In this document: positions 9,143 through 18,019 of the stretch, piece after piece
How positions within the stretch are numbered: the first letter of the stretch is position 1
Layout: every line of letters starts with the position of its first letter
Sequence record: PQ471515.1
Length of the DNA stretch: 64,000 nucleotides
Reading direction: 5' to 3' (one strand)
Translations under genes and position numbers: made by a program
The notes under the pieces: model-generated
What the model saw: the letters and a program-made list of their open reading frames with translations, nothing else
Database searches by the model: none
What the model was told of the DNA's origin: nothing

Positions 9143-9355
9143 ATGGCTATCATTACTAAAATCAAAGTAAGTAAAACCCTGGTTAAACTTGAACAAGTGA
9201 AAGCAGGTTATAAAGTATCTTGGTGCGGTATGTATCGGATGTTCGCAGATATTGATGAAGCAATCAATTATTACAGCGACACGGTTAAAAACTTTGTTCG
9301 TGCTGATGTGGTTATGGCAGTGGCAACGCACAAAGCAGCGAAAGAAAGTAAGTAA
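9143..9355 (+). CDS. hypothetical early protein
   Basis: Class-II promoter and RBS. Confidence 0.85.
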   Translation: MAIITKIKVSKTLVKLEQVKAGYKVSWCGMYRMFADIDEAINYYSDTVKNFVRADVVMAVATHKAAKESK

Positions 9356-9444
9356 AAATATTATCACAGTACTATTGACATAGTTTGATAGTACTGGCAT
9401 AATAGATTTTATCAAGACAACATATTAATTTAAGGAATACAAAA

Positions 9445-9768
9445 ATGGCTAAAACTATCATTAACACCGTTTCCCTGGCTGCAATCCGTGCAATCAATGT
9501 TGACGGTAAACGTTGGACTGATTCATATGGCAATACTTATCATTCTTGTCATGTAAGCGTTGAACTGGATAACGGTTTGAATGATCTGGCGGTTGAATCA
9601 TTTACTTATGGCTATGAAGATGCATATCAACAAACGGCGTTATCTCTCTTAAAGGAATCAGTAGACGGGCTTAATACTGATGAAACCTCCCTTACTCGTG
9701 TGTGCAATGATCTTAATATCCCGTTGCATTGTACTGTACAGAATGTTAAACGCAAAAAAGATCTTTAA
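9445..9768 (+). CDS. hypothetical, paralog of 16286
   Basis: RWTD..GNTYHSC motif shared. Confidence 0.9.
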   Translation: MAKTIINTVSLAAIRAINVDGKRWTDSYGNTYHSCHVSVELDNGLNDLAVESFTYGYEDAYQQTALSLLKESVDGLNTDETSLTRVCNDLNIPLHCTVQNVKRKKDL

Positions 9769-9848
9769 TTAGCTTTACTTTATGCAGATACTTTGATATA
9801 GTGTCTGCATAGGGGAAAGAAATTAAATTAACTTAAGAGGATCGTATA

Positions 9849-10118
9849 ATGAAAAATATCAGTACTTTAATCGATGCAGGTACTCATGTTCGTCGGTCTA
9901 TGGTTGCAACCAGTACTACAAAACAAGTAGCGAGCGGTTATCTTGTATTTGTGCACGATGGTAAACTCCTGGAACGTTCAATCAATTTTGATGTTAAAAA
10001 CAATTGCCGTTTTATTATCTTTAAGCGTGAGCAATATAAAATTGATTTACCAGCAAAGCCCATTAGTGGGGCGTACAACGTGCAATCATTGTTTGAACGT
10101 CAACCATACACCTATTAA
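9849..10118 (+). CDS. hypothetical early protein
   Basis: Promoter and GAGG RBS. Confidence 0.8.
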   Translation: MKNISTLIDAGTHVRRSMVATSTTKQVASGYLVFVHDGKLLERSINFDVKNNCRFIIFKREQYKIDLPAKPISGAYNVQSLFERQPYTY

Positions 10119-10169
10119 TCAAAACATCGTTAGCGGTCGATTCAGGCCGCTTATATTGGGGATTATACC

Positions 10170-10442
10170 ATGAACGTTAATCAAGTACTGAATGAGATCG
10201 AAAGCATCATTAAACCGATGAAGCGTACTGATGCTATGTTAACACCGGAAGAATGCCGCCTTTATGAGCGTTACAGCGTCGAACAAGTCCAGGCAATGGC
10301 TATGGCTACCCCAGCCGTTAAACCGCCTGAGAATGCGTTACAGGACGTTACAGGGGATTATATCATCAATCCAGTACTAGGGAAGATGGCTGCAATCACC
10401 GAAGATCAACAAGACTACTTAAGCCAGTACTTAAAAGGTTAA
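10170..10442 (+). CDS. hypothetical protein
   Basis: ORF with GGGG RBS. Confidence 0.8.
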   Translation: MNVNQVLNEIESIIKPMKRTDAMLTPEECRLYERYSVEQVQAMAMATPAVKPPENALQDVTGDYIINPVLGKMAAITEDQQDYLSQYLKG

Positions 10443-10447
10443 TTAAT

Positions 10448-10657
10448 ATGCTTACTGTACAGGATAAGATCGACATCTTAAAGGTTAATATGTATGTGAT
10501 TGATGCCGTACCTGGTAAAGTATTTGCATACGATGACACTACTGTAAGCGATTTCTACTATAGCCAGGCCGTGGGGGATCTTTCTGTACAGTCGGTTATT
10601 GAAAACGTAGTTAATGCAGCGTATGAGCATTTACTTTCAAATAGTACTTGCAATTAG
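10448..10657 (+). CDS. hypothetical protein
   Basis: ORF directly after the previous gene. Confidence 0.75.
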   Translation: MLTVQDKIDILKVNMYVIDAVPGKVFAYDDTTVSDFYYSQAVGDLSVQSVIENVVNAAYEHLLSNSTCN

Positions 10658-10726
10658 TTTTTAAACGCGTATAATGTTTTACATGAAGGGGAGAAATGAT
10701 TCTCCCCACTAATTAAGGAATATGAA

Positions 10727-10873
10727 ATGAAAGCATCAAAAAAGAGTACTAACAAGAAAGCACGTTCAACCTTAGATGGGGTATTCCCTTTACGTTTTGT
10801 TGATGAAGTAGTTTCCTACCCGCCGGGCCTTACTCCTGAGATGGTAGAAAGTTTGCGTAAATCTAAAAAATAG
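10727..10873 (+). CDS. small basic protein, 48 aa
   Basis: Own promoter, hairpin, AAGG RBS. Confidence 0.7.
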   Translation: MKASKKSTNKKARSTLDGVFPLRFVDEVVSYPPGLTPEMVESLRKSKK

Positions 10874-10955
10874 TACTTGCAATTAGTTTTTAGTACTGTA
10901 TAATAGTTTACATGAAGGGGAAAACGTTCCCCTTACACCTAACGAGGAAAGTATA

Positions 10956-11207
10956 ATGGAAACAATTTTAATCAAAGACACTGCTACTACTGTAACTTAT
11001 GATAATGATTGCATTATCCCAGGGACTGAGTACGGCGAACGTGTACCCGTTCAAGTAGAGATTGATACCACATACATCGACAAGGCTGACCAGTGTATCA
11101 CTATTGTAATTGGTGAATATCGTTTTCTACCAGAAGAGATCCAAAAATGGCAGAATATGATTGACCGTGCGAAATTAGTCGCACAAAGTTTAAAATACAA
11201 AGTTTAA
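10956..11207 (+). CDS. hypothetical early protein
   Basis: Promoter, hairpin, GAGG RBS. Confidence 0.85.
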   Translation: METILIKDTATTVTYDNDCIIPGTEYGERVPVQVEIDTTYIDKADQCITIVIGEYRFLPEEIQKWQNMIDRAKLVAQSLKYKV

Positions 11208-11293
11208 AATAATACTTGCAATTAGTTTTTAAACGCGTATAATGTTTTACATGAAGGGGAGAAATGATTCTCCCCAATAACAGGAGAAACAAA

Positions 11294-11446
11294 ATGAAAC
11301 AATACAACGCTCGGTTTGATGTTACTATCGGTAACGGCAAAGGTCAATTCTCTTTCAGTACTCGCAAAAGTTATACAGAAAACTTCCTGCGTAATTGTGC
11401 ACTGACCGCCGCACAAATTAAACATTACTTTCAGGCTAAAAAATGA
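11294..11446 (+). CDS. small hypothetical protein
   Basis: Promoter, AGGAG RBS; start at MKQYNA. Confidence 0.75.
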   Translation: MKQYNARFDVTIGNGKGQFSFSTRKSYTENFLRNCALTAAQIKHYFQAKK

Positions 11447-11532
11447 AATCATTAGCTTATTACAGTTCGGCCCTGGTCGGTGCATTGATCGCGGCGTTGT
11501 TAGTAACCTATCTATTCTTTATGGTGATTTAA
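11443..11532 (+). CDS. 29 aa single-pass membrane peptide
   Basis: ATGA overlap; hydrophobic MKSLAYYSSALVGALIAALLVTYLFFMVI. Confidence 0.55.
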   Translation: MKSLAYYSSALVGALIAALLVTYLFFMVI

Positions 11533-11676
11533 ATGAATCCAACAGGTTTAAACTATAAAAGTTGTTCGGCGTTTACGAAAGCAAATAAAGCGAATGCACG
11601 TAAAGCGAAAGTAAAGGAGTACATCAAGCAAGGCATGACGCGAAAGGCGGCGATTCTAAAAGCTAAAAATAAATGA
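11533..11676 (+). CDS. small Lys/Ala-rich basic protein, 47 aa
   Basis: Abuts the previous stop codon. Confidence 0.6.
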   Translation: MNPTGLNYKSCSAFTKANKANARKAKVKEYIKQGMTRKAAILKAKNK

Positions 11677-11685
11677 AAAAAGTGG

Positions 11686-11770
11686 TTGACTCCGGTCAGC
11701 CATTTTGCTATTATATATTCATTGAGAGATAGCTCACTAGCCCACAGGGTGCATAAGTGTATCTATTATA
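11686..11770 (+). ncRNA. promoter-driven ORF-less CCCA-NN-GGGTGC element
   Basis: TTGACT-17-TATTAT; core 11740-11752; near-identical to the 18623 copy. Confidence 0.6.
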
Positions 11771-11886
11771 TAAGTATTGAGTACTGAAAACTATTTTAAA
11801 AAAGTACTTGCAAACTATCTCAATAAGCGTATAATGTTTTACATCGAAAGGGGAAACGGTTTCCCCTGGTAATAAGGAAACAAATC

Positions 11887-12228
11887 ATGACTATCTCAAT
11901 TGCTCAATCTAACTTTGAAAACGAAATCATCGCCCAGGCACTGCGTTTAAATGATGGTCGGGCCGAAATTAATTACGGTTTAAATTCAGGCGGTTGTGAA
12001 AAATATCAGTACTTTGTAACGGCTGATGGCGGTGTCCTGGGTATCAATACAGTTATTGTAAACATCCAAAAAATTAATTTCAATGATCCAGACGATAGCC
12101 AGTTTTACATCACTGGCGTAGACGTGAACTATGAGGATGACTCACTAACTGATGATCACACTGGCGAGCGGTTAGAAAGTGCATACGGTGAAGATGATTA
12201 TCAGTCCGGTCCAGAAGATTTCGAATAA
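11887..12228 (+). CDS. acidic conserved phage hypothetical protein
   Basis: Promoter, hairpin, RBS. Confidence 0.9.
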   Translation: MTISIAQSNFENEIIAQALRLNDGRAEINYGLNSGGCEKYQYFVTADGGVLGINTVIVNIQKINFNDPDDSQFYITGVDVNYEDDSLTDDHTGERLESAYGEDDYQSGPEDFE

Positions 12229-12324
12229 TATAAAAAAATAGTTTGACAATAGATTATAGTACTGTATAATAGTTTACATCAAGGGGAGAAAAACTTCTCC
12301 CCACTAACAGAGAGAGAAAACAAA

Positions 12325-12537
12325 ATGGCTAATATCCGGTCGAAATTAAAAAATGCAAAACAAGTTTTATTTTCAGATCATGAATACTTTAATAAAGATA
12401 TTACAGGAGTTACAAGTATCAAGGAAGTAAAAGAAAAAACCGGCGTTTTGTGTGATGTGCGATTAGTTGGGACATTTGGGAATAACGTGCTATATCGCTG
12501 CGGTGATTACAATTTTACACTGACTATCATTAACTAA
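12325..12537 (+). CDS. hypothetical early protein
   Basis: Promoter, hairpin, RBS. Confidence 0.8.
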   Translation: MANIRSKLKNAKQVLFSDHEYFNKDITGVTSIKEVKEKTGVLCDVRLVGTFGNNVLYRCGDYNFTLTIIN

Positions 12538-12620
12538 AAATATTATCACAGTACTATTGACATAGTTTGATAGTACTGACATAATAACTTTTATCAACTA
12601 CACTACTAAGGAATTAAAAA

Positions 12621-12800
12621 ATGGCTATCATCGCAAAAACTGAAATCGTTGGTCTGGATTCTATCATCATGACGTTTGAAGATCAAAAAGGTATGTATGT
12701 AGTTTCCTATGGTGATTATGTTCGGGAGTATGAAACGGTAGACGAAGCCTTTGAAAGTTATATTCGCCAGGTGAATAAAGCATACGACGACTACCGCTAA
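12621..12800 (+). CDS. small hypothetical protein, 59 aa
   Basis: Class-II promoter, AAGG RBS. Confidence 0.75.
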   Translation: MAIIAKTEIVGLDSIIMTFEDQKGMYVVSYGDYVREYETVDEAFESYIRQVNKAYDDYR

Positions 12801-12899
12801 AATATATTACCAGTACTATTAAATCTATTGACAACGTTTGATAGTACTGTATAATAAGTTTTATAAACAGTAGTTAACTTAACCTAAGAGAGAAATAAA

Positions 12900-13043
12900 A
12901 TGATCGCACTGGATTCATTCATCGACGCAGTACTGGCAAAAACTGGCGAGGATCTGACCGCAGAACAATACGCGATGATCGAGCAATGTCAGCAAAACGG
13001 TAAATCGGTGAAAGATACTGTTAAGATTATCCGCAAGATGTAA
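12900..13043 (+). CDS. small hypothetical protein, 47 aa
   Basis: Promoter and RBS. Confidence 0.7.
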   Translation: MIALDSFIDAVLAKTGEDLTAEQYAMIEQCQQNGKSVKDTVKIIRKM

Positions 13044-13148
13044 GATTATAGCCCACTGGTTAACGCTGGTGGGCTTTAATCATTTACCCTATACAATGCC
13101 AGTACTAAACCGTTTATCTCGTTAGAATGCGTTACAGGACGTTTAACA

Positions 13149-13346
13149 ATGATTAGCATGAAATCAGTACAAAAACAAATAGAAACATTATCAAAAATTA
13201 AACGTAAACAATACTCCTTAGAATATACAATCAATGGTAACTATCATCTAATGAAAGAAAATAATTTTATAGTCATTGATGAATCATTGCAAATTATTAG
13301 TATAGTACTGAAAGCATTAATCAATGACAGAAAAAAATTAAAATAA
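13149..13346 (+). CDS. hypothetical protein
   Basis: ORF with AGGA RBS. Confidence 0.6.
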   Translation: MISMKSVQKQIETLSKIKRKQYSLEYTINGNYHLMKENNFIVIDESLQIISIVLKALINDRKKLK

Positions 13347-13349
13347 TTG

Positions 13350-13432
13350 TTGACATACAATGCCAGTACTGGCATAATACTTACATCAAGACGAGAACGT
13401 CACCAACCCATAGGGTGCACAAATGTAACTAT
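13350..13432 (+). ncRNA. promoter-driven ORF-less CCCA-NN-GGGTGC element
   Basis: TTGACA-17-CATAAT; core ACCCATAGGGTGC 13406-13418. Confidence 0.55.
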
Positions 13433-13440
13433 ATAATATC

Positions 13441-13513
13441 GATCAATAAATGATCAAAAAAGTACTGGATCAATTTAGCATAAGGCGTATAATTCTGATC
13501 AATTCTTGATCAA
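13441..13513 (+). promoter_or_regulatory. GATC cluster overlapping a promoter
   Basis: GATCAA at 13441, 13452, 13468, 13497, 13508; TGGATC-16-TATAAT. Confidence 0.5.
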
Positions 13514-13674
13514 AGGCAATAAACGTAGTTGAAATTATATAGAAAGTACAAAGGCGTTACCATTCGTGGTAATGCTGGGGAATATGTAGTATCATACGGT
13601 TTGAATAAAATCAGTACTAGTAGTATAATCGTAGCATTGCAGTACTATAGTATTTTTATAATGAGGTTAAAATA

Positions 13675-13932
13675 ATGGCTGTTGGATTCGCGAAGGACGG
13701 GGCCGAGCAAGACGAGATTAACGCAGTGATTCAGGCCGCTGTAAACCACGCTAGAACGCAAATTAACGCACAAATAGAATCACTGATACATTGCCTCGAC
13801 TGTGGCGATAAAATCCCTGAGAATCGCCGCCAGGTCGTTAAGGGGTGTAAGTACTGTATCACTTGCCAGGAGGATCATGATAGTACTTTTAAACGTCAAC
13901 CGCGTAATTGTTGGCATAGATCTATGAGATAA
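13675..13932 (+). CDS. TraR/DksA-family C4 zinc-finger protein (YbiI-like)
   Basis: CLDCGDKIPENRR...GCKYCITCQ; N-term MAVGFAKDGAEQDEI. Confidence 0.9.
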   Translation: MAVGFAKDGAEQDEINAVIQAAVNHARTQINAQIESLIHCLDCGDKIPENRRQVVKGCKYCITCQEDHDSTFKRQPRNCWHRSMR

Positions 13933-13995
13933 AAAGTATTGACAGTACTGAAAGATAGTGTATAATGTTTTATATCTTGACTGAGGATTGAAATC

Positions 13996-14352
13996 ATGGG
14001 AATACAACATATCACGCGTACTACTGACAATGGCGAGATCACTGGCTATCAAGTACAGGGCAAAGTAGCACAATTGCAGTACTGGTTTGTTAAACGTGGA
14101 ATCATTGCACCGGATCTTGATTATGACCGTGTAGCGTTTATTGATTCTCTTTATGTTGATCCTGATAGTCGGGGGAATGGTGAAGGTAACGAATTAATGA
14201 ATGCCTTTATTGATGCCGCCGATGATTCAGATTGTATCATCTTAGAATGCGATACGGGTGAAGATAACGCCTTTAATCTTAAAGAATGGTATGAAGGTTT
14301 CGGATTCGAGGTACTGATCGATAGTGAATATCCTATCATGATTTTATCATAG
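13996..14352 (+). CDS. GNAT-family acetyltransferase
   Basis: Motif A LYVDPDSRGNGEG and motif B WYEGFGF. Confidence 0.85.
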   Translation: MGIQHITRTTDNGEITGYQVQGKVAQLQYWFVKRGIIAPDLDYDRVAFIDSLYVDPDSRGNGEGNELMNAFIDAADDSDCIILECDTGEDNAFNLKEWYEGFGFEVLIDSEYPIMILS

Positions 14353-14431
14353 TACTTGCATTTAGTTTTCAGTACTGTATAATAGTTTACATGAAGGGGA
14401 GAATAGTTCTCCCCACTACAAGGAAAGACAA

Positions 14432-14620
14432 ATGGAAAACTTATCAAGTATTTTAGTACAAGATGATTTCGGTAATCCTGGAAGTGCTATCATTGTTCGG
14501 GGTAATAAAGCAACGTTTGTTATTGCTGGTGGACCCTTACAGCGTAGCATTAAAAATAATGCTGTTACCATTAATAATGTACGCTATCGCTTAGATAAAG
14601 AATTAATTCATAAACTGTAA
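14432..14620 (+). CDS. hypothetical early protein
   Basis: Promoter, hairpin, RBS. Confidence 0.8.
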   Translation: MENLSSILVQDDFGNPGSAIIVRGNKATFVIAGGPLQRSIKNNAVTINNVRYRLDKELIHKL

Positions 14621-14706
14621 AAAAGTACTGGACAATAGATTATAGTACTGTATAATAAGTTACATGAAGGGGAGAAAATGATTCTCCCCACTAAGAGGAA
14701 AGAAAA

Positions 14707-14919
14707 ATGCAAGGTCAACTAATCGTTCGTAAATGGTCTGATACTAACGAAAAACCGTGGGATGTACAATACATCGCCCCCAATGGTGAATCCAGATATC
14801 AACCAGGTGTAACGCATAGTACTGAGCAATTCGCCGCCGCTCATCGTGAACGTCTGTTACAATCAATGCAGCAAGGTTTCGGTGAAAAATTCATTCAGGA
14901 TCATTGGCTGAAAGATTAA
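14707..14919 (+). CDS. hypothetical early protein
   Basis: Promoter, hairpin, GAGG RBS. Confidence 0.85.
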   Translation: MQGQLIVRKWSDTNEKPWDVQYIAPNGESRYQPGVTHSTEQFAAAHRERLLQSMQQGFGEKFIQDHWLKD

Positions 14920-15005
14920 AAAGTACTTGCACAGTACTGAATAAAGTGTATAATGTTTTATATCGAGAGGGGAATAGTTCCCCTCCTAACAAAAAGGAAA
15001 GTATA

Positions 15006-15179
15006 ATGATCCAAGTAGAATTATCAGTACTGAAAGATCTATTTTATCGGTTAGGTACTAATGGCGAGTATCCTAAAAGTGATACCGCAAAACTTTTTGT
15101 ATCACTCGACTTATGGCAACGCGAACAATTAGTAATGTCGTGGCGTAAAGGTAAAGCAGATCGCGAGGTGAAAGCATGA
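15006..15179 (+). CDS. small hypothetical protein
   Basis: Promoter, AAGG RBS; start at MIQVEL. Confidence 0.75.
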   Translation: MIQVELSVLKDLFYRLGTNGEYPKSDTAKLFVSLDLWQREQLVMSWRKGKADREVKA

Positions 15180-15325
15180 AAGAATTCTTATTTGAAGTAG
15201 TGTTTCAAGGTGTCGGTAGTAATCAACTGATTCGCTCAAGTGGTTACAATGTTAACCAGGCATGGAATAACATTAAACAAATGTACCCGAACGCTATCAC
15301 ATATCGCAACCCGAAAGAAGTTTAA
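15176..15325 (+). CDS. small hypothetical protein, 49 aa
   Basis: ATGA overlap, GAGG RBS. Confidence 0.7.
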   Translation: MKEFLFEVVFQGVGSNQLIRSSGYNVNQAWNNIKQMYPNAITYRNPKEV

Positions 15326-15343
15326 AAATAATTGAAAAAGGGA

Positions 15344-15420
15344 TTGACTCCGGTCAGTCCCTTTGCTATTATATACGCATAGAAACAAATTAGCCCACCG
15401 GGTGCATAAATGTATCTATT
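15344..15420 (+). ncRNA. promoter-driven ORF-less CCCA-NN-GGGTGC element
   Basis: TTGACT-17-TATTAT; core 15393-15405; Chi at 15425. Confidence 0.6.
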
Positions 15421-15507
15421 GTTTGCTGGTGGCTAGTACTATCAAGTACTGAAAACTATTTTTAAAAAGTACTTGCAAAGTATCACGATAAGCGTATAAT
15501 GTTTTAC

Positions 15508-15580
15508 ATCAGGACGGGGAACGAAACAAGTAACCCCGTTAAGTAGTCCAGGAGTAAGACATACGAAAAACTCCCCTGAT
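15508..15580 (+). ncRNA. three-way-junction element, copy 2
   Basis: Near-identical to 4772-4846. Confidence 0.5.
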
Positions 15581-15649
15581 AAAATAGTTTGACAATAGAA
15601 ATTAAACGAGTATAATACTTACATCAACCACTGATAAGGAAACATTAAA

Positions 15650-15925
15650 ATGCGGATTCTACTGACAGCTAACGAAATCGAACAAGTACTGACTACTAAC
15701 CTGGAAGACTGGAAACGTGAAGCAGATATCCAGGCGGTTCAATGGCTTAACGATAAGTTAACGCCGGATGACTTAAGCAAGATTGTAGATCCTCAATTCT
15801 ACGAAGATATCCACGACACCGCGTTAAGCGTCGAGGATGTACTTGATAAGCACTATATTGATACTGATTTACAGGTTTACGGTCGTAAAAACTTTATCAC
15901 TATTCACGACATTTACAATACTTAA
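15650..15925 (+). CDS. acidic hypothetical protein
   Basis: Promoter, AAGG RBS. Confidence 0.85.
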   Translation: MRILLTANEIEQVLTTNLEDWKREADIQAVQWLNDKLTPDDLSKIVDPQFYEDIHDTALSVEDVLDKHYIDTDLQVYGRKNFITIHDIYNT

Positions 15926-16013
15926 GTATTGACAAAGTATCTTAGTACTGTATAATAGTTTACATCAAGTGAGGGGAAACGGTTCCCCTCCTAACAAAGA
16001 GAGAGAAATAAAA

Positions 16014-16196
16014 ATGGCTAAGTGCACTATCTGCAAGAAAGAAATAGTATTAGTTCCAAGTGCCCGAGAACGTGCCGCTCGGTTTGGTGGCAAAGCGTCA
16101 GACTATACAAAAATGTTTACTGCCCATACAGCTTGCCAGGTAGCAAAACGTTCACAAGAAAGCGTAGAATTAATGCGTAAACTTTCCAAAAAATAA
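16014..16196 (+). CDS. small putative zinc-binding protein (CxxC...HxxC)
   Basis: Promoter and hairpin; start at MAKCTIC. Confidence 0.8.
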   Translation: MAKCTICKKEIVLVPSARERAARFGGKASDYTKMFTAHTACQVAKRSQESVELMRKLSKK

Positions 16197-16285
16197 GTAT
16201 TGACAAAGTATCTTAGTACTGTATAATAGTTTACATCAAGCGAGGGGAATGGTTCCCCTCCTAACAAAGAGAGAGAGAAATAAAA

Positions 16286-16609
16286 ATGGCTATGATCCTT
16301 ACCCAGAAAGTGGAACTGAAAATTGTAACCTCCTTTGACATTAAAGTTAATCGCTGGACTGATCGGAACGGCAATACTTACCACTCTTGCTACGTGTCAG
16401 CGTTAATTGGCGACCGCTGGGAAGACCTGGGACACGAAACCTTTACATACGGTTACGGTACACAAGGCGAATACACGGGCTTGGAGATCATTAAAGAAAC
16501 CGTTATAGGTTTCAACCCGAAAGAAAAAGTTATTCACCGCATCGAAAAAGAGATTAACAAAGAAATAACAGTTCGCTACTACGATGTAAAACGTAAGAAA
16601 GACATGTAA
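16286..16609 (+). CDS. hypothetical, paralog of 9445
   Basis: RWTDRNGNTYHSC motif. Confidence 0.9.
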   Translation: MAMILTQKVELKIVTSFDIKVNRWTDRNGNTYHSCYVSALIGDRWEDLGHETFTYGYGTQGEYTGLEIIKETVIGFNPKEKVIHRIEKEINKEITVRYYDVKRKKDM

Positions 16610-16704
16610 TAGAATCCATTTAAAGTACTATTTGACATTGCCCAGATAGTACTTTATAATAGACGCTAACTTGTAGTACTATCTCAACTAATAGGATGTA
16701 TACC

Positions 16705-17100
16705 ATGATTACTAAATTCTACGCTACCCGTGAAGCTGCCCGTATTGTTGCACGCGAGGAAGGAGCAGCATTTAAAGACATGGGCAAAGATGCACCGAAA
16801 GGTCAACGCTGGGCCGTACAGTTCAAAGAAATCTCTGATATTGTGAATTCACCTGAGCCAGTACTGACAGCAGCAGAACTAAAACGAGCGGATATGCTGG
16901 CGGCAATACTTGACGCACAAGATGAGTTTATCGCTGGTTCTGATATCAAAGTACAGGCAAACCATACCGCTTGGACTCACGCGGATCACCTGGCAAACCT
17001 TAAGCGTCCAAGTGAACTGATTCGCAACCAGAAAGAGATCCGACACGACCGTAAGGGTAATCGTGTAACAGTATACAGTAAACGCCGCCAGGTTATCTAA
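16705..17100 (+). CDS. hypothetical, paralog of 3900
   Basis: FYATREAARIVAR and DRKGNRVTVY. Confidence 0.85.
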   Translation: MITKFYATREAARIVAREEGAAFKDMGKDAPKGQRWAVQFKEISDIVNSPEPVLTAAELKRADMLAAILDAQDEFIAGSDIKVQANHTAWTHADHLANLKRPSELIRNQKEIRHDRKGNRVTVYSKRRQVI

Positions 17101-17122
17101 TAACTTGCAGTACTAACAACAC

Positions 17123-17147
17123 GGCGGGTTCAGTTCCCGCCTTTTTT
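17123..17147 (+). terminator. intrinsic terminator
   Basis: GGCGGG/CCCGCC stem and T6. Confidence 0.8.
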
Positions 17148-17161
17148 ATAGGACAAACAAA

Positions 17162-17416
17162 ATGATTAAGGTTCAACTATATAAAGATAACATCTTACGG
17201 GTACACTATAAAGCACCGAAGAGAATCATCACAAAGGCCGTACAGCTTGCTAATGAGTTTATTAATGGTAACCTATTACCAAGGAAGTTAAGCAACGGGA
17301 AACTGCGTGTAATCGATGTGGACACTAACAACAGAATAGTAATTGAGAACACAGGAAAGATAAACCTATATGAACACCAACAATATAATAAGAAAATAAA
17401 ACTAATATCACGTTGA
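17162..17416 (+). CDS. basic hypothetical protein
   Basis: AGGA RBS. Confidence 0.75.
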   Translation: MIKVQLYKDNILRVHYKAPKRIITKAVQLANEFINGNLLPRKLSNGKLRVIDVDTNNRIVIENTGKINLYEHQQYNKKIKLISR

Positions 17417-17469
17417 CAGTACTCAAATGTTTTAGTACTATGTACATATACCAACACGGGAGAAACAAA

Positions 17470-17688
17470 ATGAAATTATCTAAAATCGAAAAGAAAACTA
17501 TTGATGAAGCAGTTAAGCACGGTTATACCTTTCGTAATGATTCACATTTTACCAATTTTCAACAAGGGTATCGTACTATTAAAAAACTTATTGACAAAGG
17601 TTTATTAGTTGAAGTCAATAACGGCAATGGCATTGAGTATCAACCAACACAGGACGCATTTTATTTTAAGAAATATAATATTATCTAA
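17470..17688 (+). CDS. hypothetical, possibly small winged-helix-like
   Basis: Promoter shared in sequence with the next gene; start at MKLSKI. Confidence 0.75.
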   Translation: MKLSKIEKKTIDEAVKHGYTFRNDSHFTNFQQGYRTIKKLIDKGLLVEVNNGNGIEYQPTQDAFYFKKYNII

Positions 17689-17745
17689 TTGACAGTACTC
17701 AAATGTTTTAGTACTATATGTACATACCAACACGGGGAAAACAAA

Positions 17746-17988
17746 ATGATTACTTTAGAAAAACGTATCAAAGAAACTACATCGCTGGTGGAATTGTTAA
17801 CAGTACTGAAATGTAAAACAACACCATTCAGCACGCCGGACTTTATTAATATGGTTGATGTTAATGGTCGCTATCGTATCACGGTCGAACAAGGAGCGGC
17901 GAAAGTATTCAGTACTAAAAACACTAAGGAAGTGATCCACGCCGTTAATGTTAAAAAAGTAGTTGCAATTGATAGTAAAGTACTGTAA
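17746..17988 (+). CDS. hypothetical early protein
   Basis: Duplicated promoter/leader; start at MITLEK. Confidence 0.8.
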   Translation: MITLEKRIKETTSLVELLTVLKCKTTPFSTPDFINMVDVNGRYRITVEQGAAKVFSTKNTKEVIHAVNVKKVVAIDSKVL

Positions 17989-18019
17989 TATAGTTTCATT
18001 AACTCAAGGAGAACATGCA

